From: Candidatus Portnoybacteria bacterium
GTDB taxonomy: Bacteria > Patescibacteriota > Minisyncoccia > Portnoybacterales > GWB1-42-6
NCBI GenBank assembly: GCA_028688325.1
Contig: JAQTYI010000001.1
Span: 168,820-232,819 of the forward strand
Length of the DNA stretch: 64,000 nucleotides
Reading direction: 5' to 3'
How positions within the stretch are numbered: position 1 is the first letter of the stretch; each line of letters begins with the position of its first letter. Of the stretch, positions 62,616-64,000 are shown piece after piece. The notes under the pieces were generated by a model. It saw only the letters and a list, made by a program, of their open reading frames with translations, made no database searches and was not told the DNA's origin. The translations under genes and the position numbers were made by a program.

Positions 62616-62818
62616 TATTTTTCCCACTTATACGCCACTTTGGCGTTGACCTTAAATTCAAAGATCTTTCCCTCTTTCACTTCAGCGGTCTGATTGATAA
62701 CATGCACGCCGGTCACATTCTTGCCGGCCTCAACTTCGTGGTTGACGATATTTTGCATGGCGTCTTCAAAGTTCTTGGTTGAAGTGCCGATGAGTTCGCG
62801 TATTTTGACTATGGCCAT
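62615..62818 (-). CDS. Dodecin-family flavin-binding protein.
   Basis: 67-aa ORF with the beta-alpha-beta-beta pattern. Low confidence. Confidence 0.5.
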   Translation of the reverse strand: MAIVKIRELIGTSTKNFEDAMQNIVNHEVEAGKNVTGVHVINQTAEVKEGKIFEFKVNAKVAYKWEK

Positions 62819-62835
62819 ATGTTTTATAATTTATT

Positions 62836-62880
62836 TGGTTAATTCTTAAAAACTGGCGTCATTCCGCGGCCGCAGGCCGA
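62836..62880 (-). terminator. Rho-independent terminator for the Nif3-like gene.
   Basis: GGCGTCATTCC-GCGGCCGCAGGCCGAG-GAATGACGCC, with a T-run on the minus strand. Confidence 0.55.
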
Positions 62881-62899
62881 GGAATGACGCCAAGCTAAA

Positions 62900-63844
62900 T
62901 TACTTTTTGCCTCTCTTTATTCTGATTAGTCCTCCGTACGAAATAACTTCTATCCCCTTCTTCTCCAACTCATCCAAAAACAAATTCATCCCCAGAGAAT
63001 CGGAAGCGATATGCGAAGCCACCACGACATTCAAATGCGCCTCTTCCGCGTTCTTGCGATGTTCCTCGGATAAATGCATCGCCACGACCGTGCCGATGCC
63101 TGCGTTGGCCATCTCGCGATAGATATTTTTGGCGCCTTCCGTGCCGCCGGTAATTTCCGTCAAAACAATTTTGCCCGCGCGCCGGTCTTCCGACCCAGCA
63201 AATATTTTCACGGGTGAGCCGCGCCTAGCCGACTCCTTGTATTCGTCAACCCCGGCAATCAACTCAACCAGTTCGCTAACATATTCCGGCTGTTTTTTGT
63301 CAATAATCTTTTTCAAAAAATCCGCCACCAGGTTATCGGCCGGAGTGTGCACATTCATTAGATTAACCTTGGCCAGCTTGGCCGCGTCTATGGTTTTATA
63401 GGAATTACTGGCGTGCACCCCGCGGCCAACCTCGGAGATGCGCACTTTCATCAGCGACTCGGCGATGTTTATGGGCACGCCGCACAAAGCCAAAACATCG
63501 GCCTGCAAATGCATCCCCCCATCCAACATGGCCAGACCCTTGCCGAGCGGATGATGGTTGATGATGGTATCCACGCCCAAACTCTTTGCCAACATTATAT
63601 CGCCGGATGTGACATCAATTCCGGCCATGGCTTTTTTCACCGGCTTACCGCTATCATTCCAAACGCCGGAATCCATATAAGGATTTACCAGCCGCTCTTT
63701 ATCAAAATCCGCCTGCTTTTTGGCGGAAAGCCCCTCAAACTTCTTTTTTTGCCTGACCAGATATTTTGCCACCGCTTCCACCCCTCTCAGGTCGGCTTTG
63801 GTTCCCATCTTTATAGCTAGCTCCAGAATTTGTTGTTGAGTCAT
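62900..63844 (-). CDS. Nif3-family dinuclear metal-centre protein.
   Basis: IINHHPL and ASHIASDSLGMN motifs. The start was trimmed to MTQQQILE. Confidence 0.55.
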   Translation of the reverse strand: MTQQQILELAIKMGTKADLRGVEAVAKYLVRQKKKFEGLSAKKQADFDKERLVNPYMDSGVWNDSGKPVKKAMAGIDVTSGDIMLAKSLGVDTIINHHPLGKGLAMLDGGMHLQADVLALCGVPINIAESLMKVRISEVGRGVHASNSYKTIDAAKLAKVNLMNVHTPADNLVADFLKKIIDKKQPEYVSELVELIAGVDEYKESARRGSPVKIFAGSEDRRAGKIVLTEITGGTEGAKNIYREMANAGIGTVVAMHLSEEHRKNAEEAHLNVVVASHIASDSLGMNLFLDELEKKGIEVISYGGLIRIKRGKK

Positions 63845-64000
63845 AAATAAAAACCCAATCATCAAGATACAAGATACAAACAAGTTGCAATAATCAAATT
63901 CCAAAAATTCAAACCGGTTTGATTATTGAATTTTGGGATTTGAAATTTGTTTGGTTATTGTTTCTTGGTTATTGTATCTTACCGGTTAAATATTTTTTTA

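Overview
This 64-kb window looks like a chromosomal segment from a small-genome, CPR/Patescibacteria-like bacterium (inferred from gene content and repeat style; no homology search was possible). It is densely coded: about 60 protein genes, 13 canonical tRNAs, no rRNA and no CRISPR array. Confident housekeeping calls include recG, tsaD, gyrA, rpsA, ftsH, rplS, hup, ymdB, rny, clpP, tig, a membrane pyrophosphatase, nusA, leuS, def, tatD, metG and rsmI.

The most system-like novelty is a compact operon at about 4.9-8.2 kb. A ComF-type gene is followed by a PqqD-family peptide chaperone that is translationally coupled to a radical-SAM/SPASM enzyme. Next comes a 19-codon ORF with a consensus Shine-Dalgarno that ends in His-Pro-Cys, then a second SPASM-domain paralog that has lost the CxxxCxxC radical-SAM motif, then a terminator. 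I read this as a candidate, uncharacterised peptide-modification (RiPP or peptide-derived cofactor) system.

Other unexplained structure:
- A more than 1100-aa minus-strand ORF runs off the window start. It has two N-terminal excisionase-type HTH domains, hydrophobic segments and long tail-fibre-like GIGTTTP repeats.
- A 1.4-kb AT-rich non-coding block carries three perfect DnaA boxes, iterons and a coding-strand switch. It is a candidate replication origin.
- GIY-YIG nuclease genes sit inside tRNA clusters next to partial tRNA duplications.
- A complete tRNA-Pro is nested between the 5' and 3' halves of another tRNA-like sequence.
- Three tRNAs carry perfect leader/trailer inverted repeats, and a conserved roughly 105-nt structured element lies 3' of two tRNAs.
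- Several dispersed palindromic or MITE-like repeat families are present. Some are inserted in frame inside conserved housekeeping genes (rluD, leuS, tsaD, recG, gyrA), in the manner of Rickettsia palindromic elements.
- A consensus promoter is followed by a 109-nt perfect hairpin leader.
- Three tandem VirB2/TrbC-like pilin paralogs are present.

All calls come from reading the sequence and the six-frame ORF track; nothing was searched against a database.
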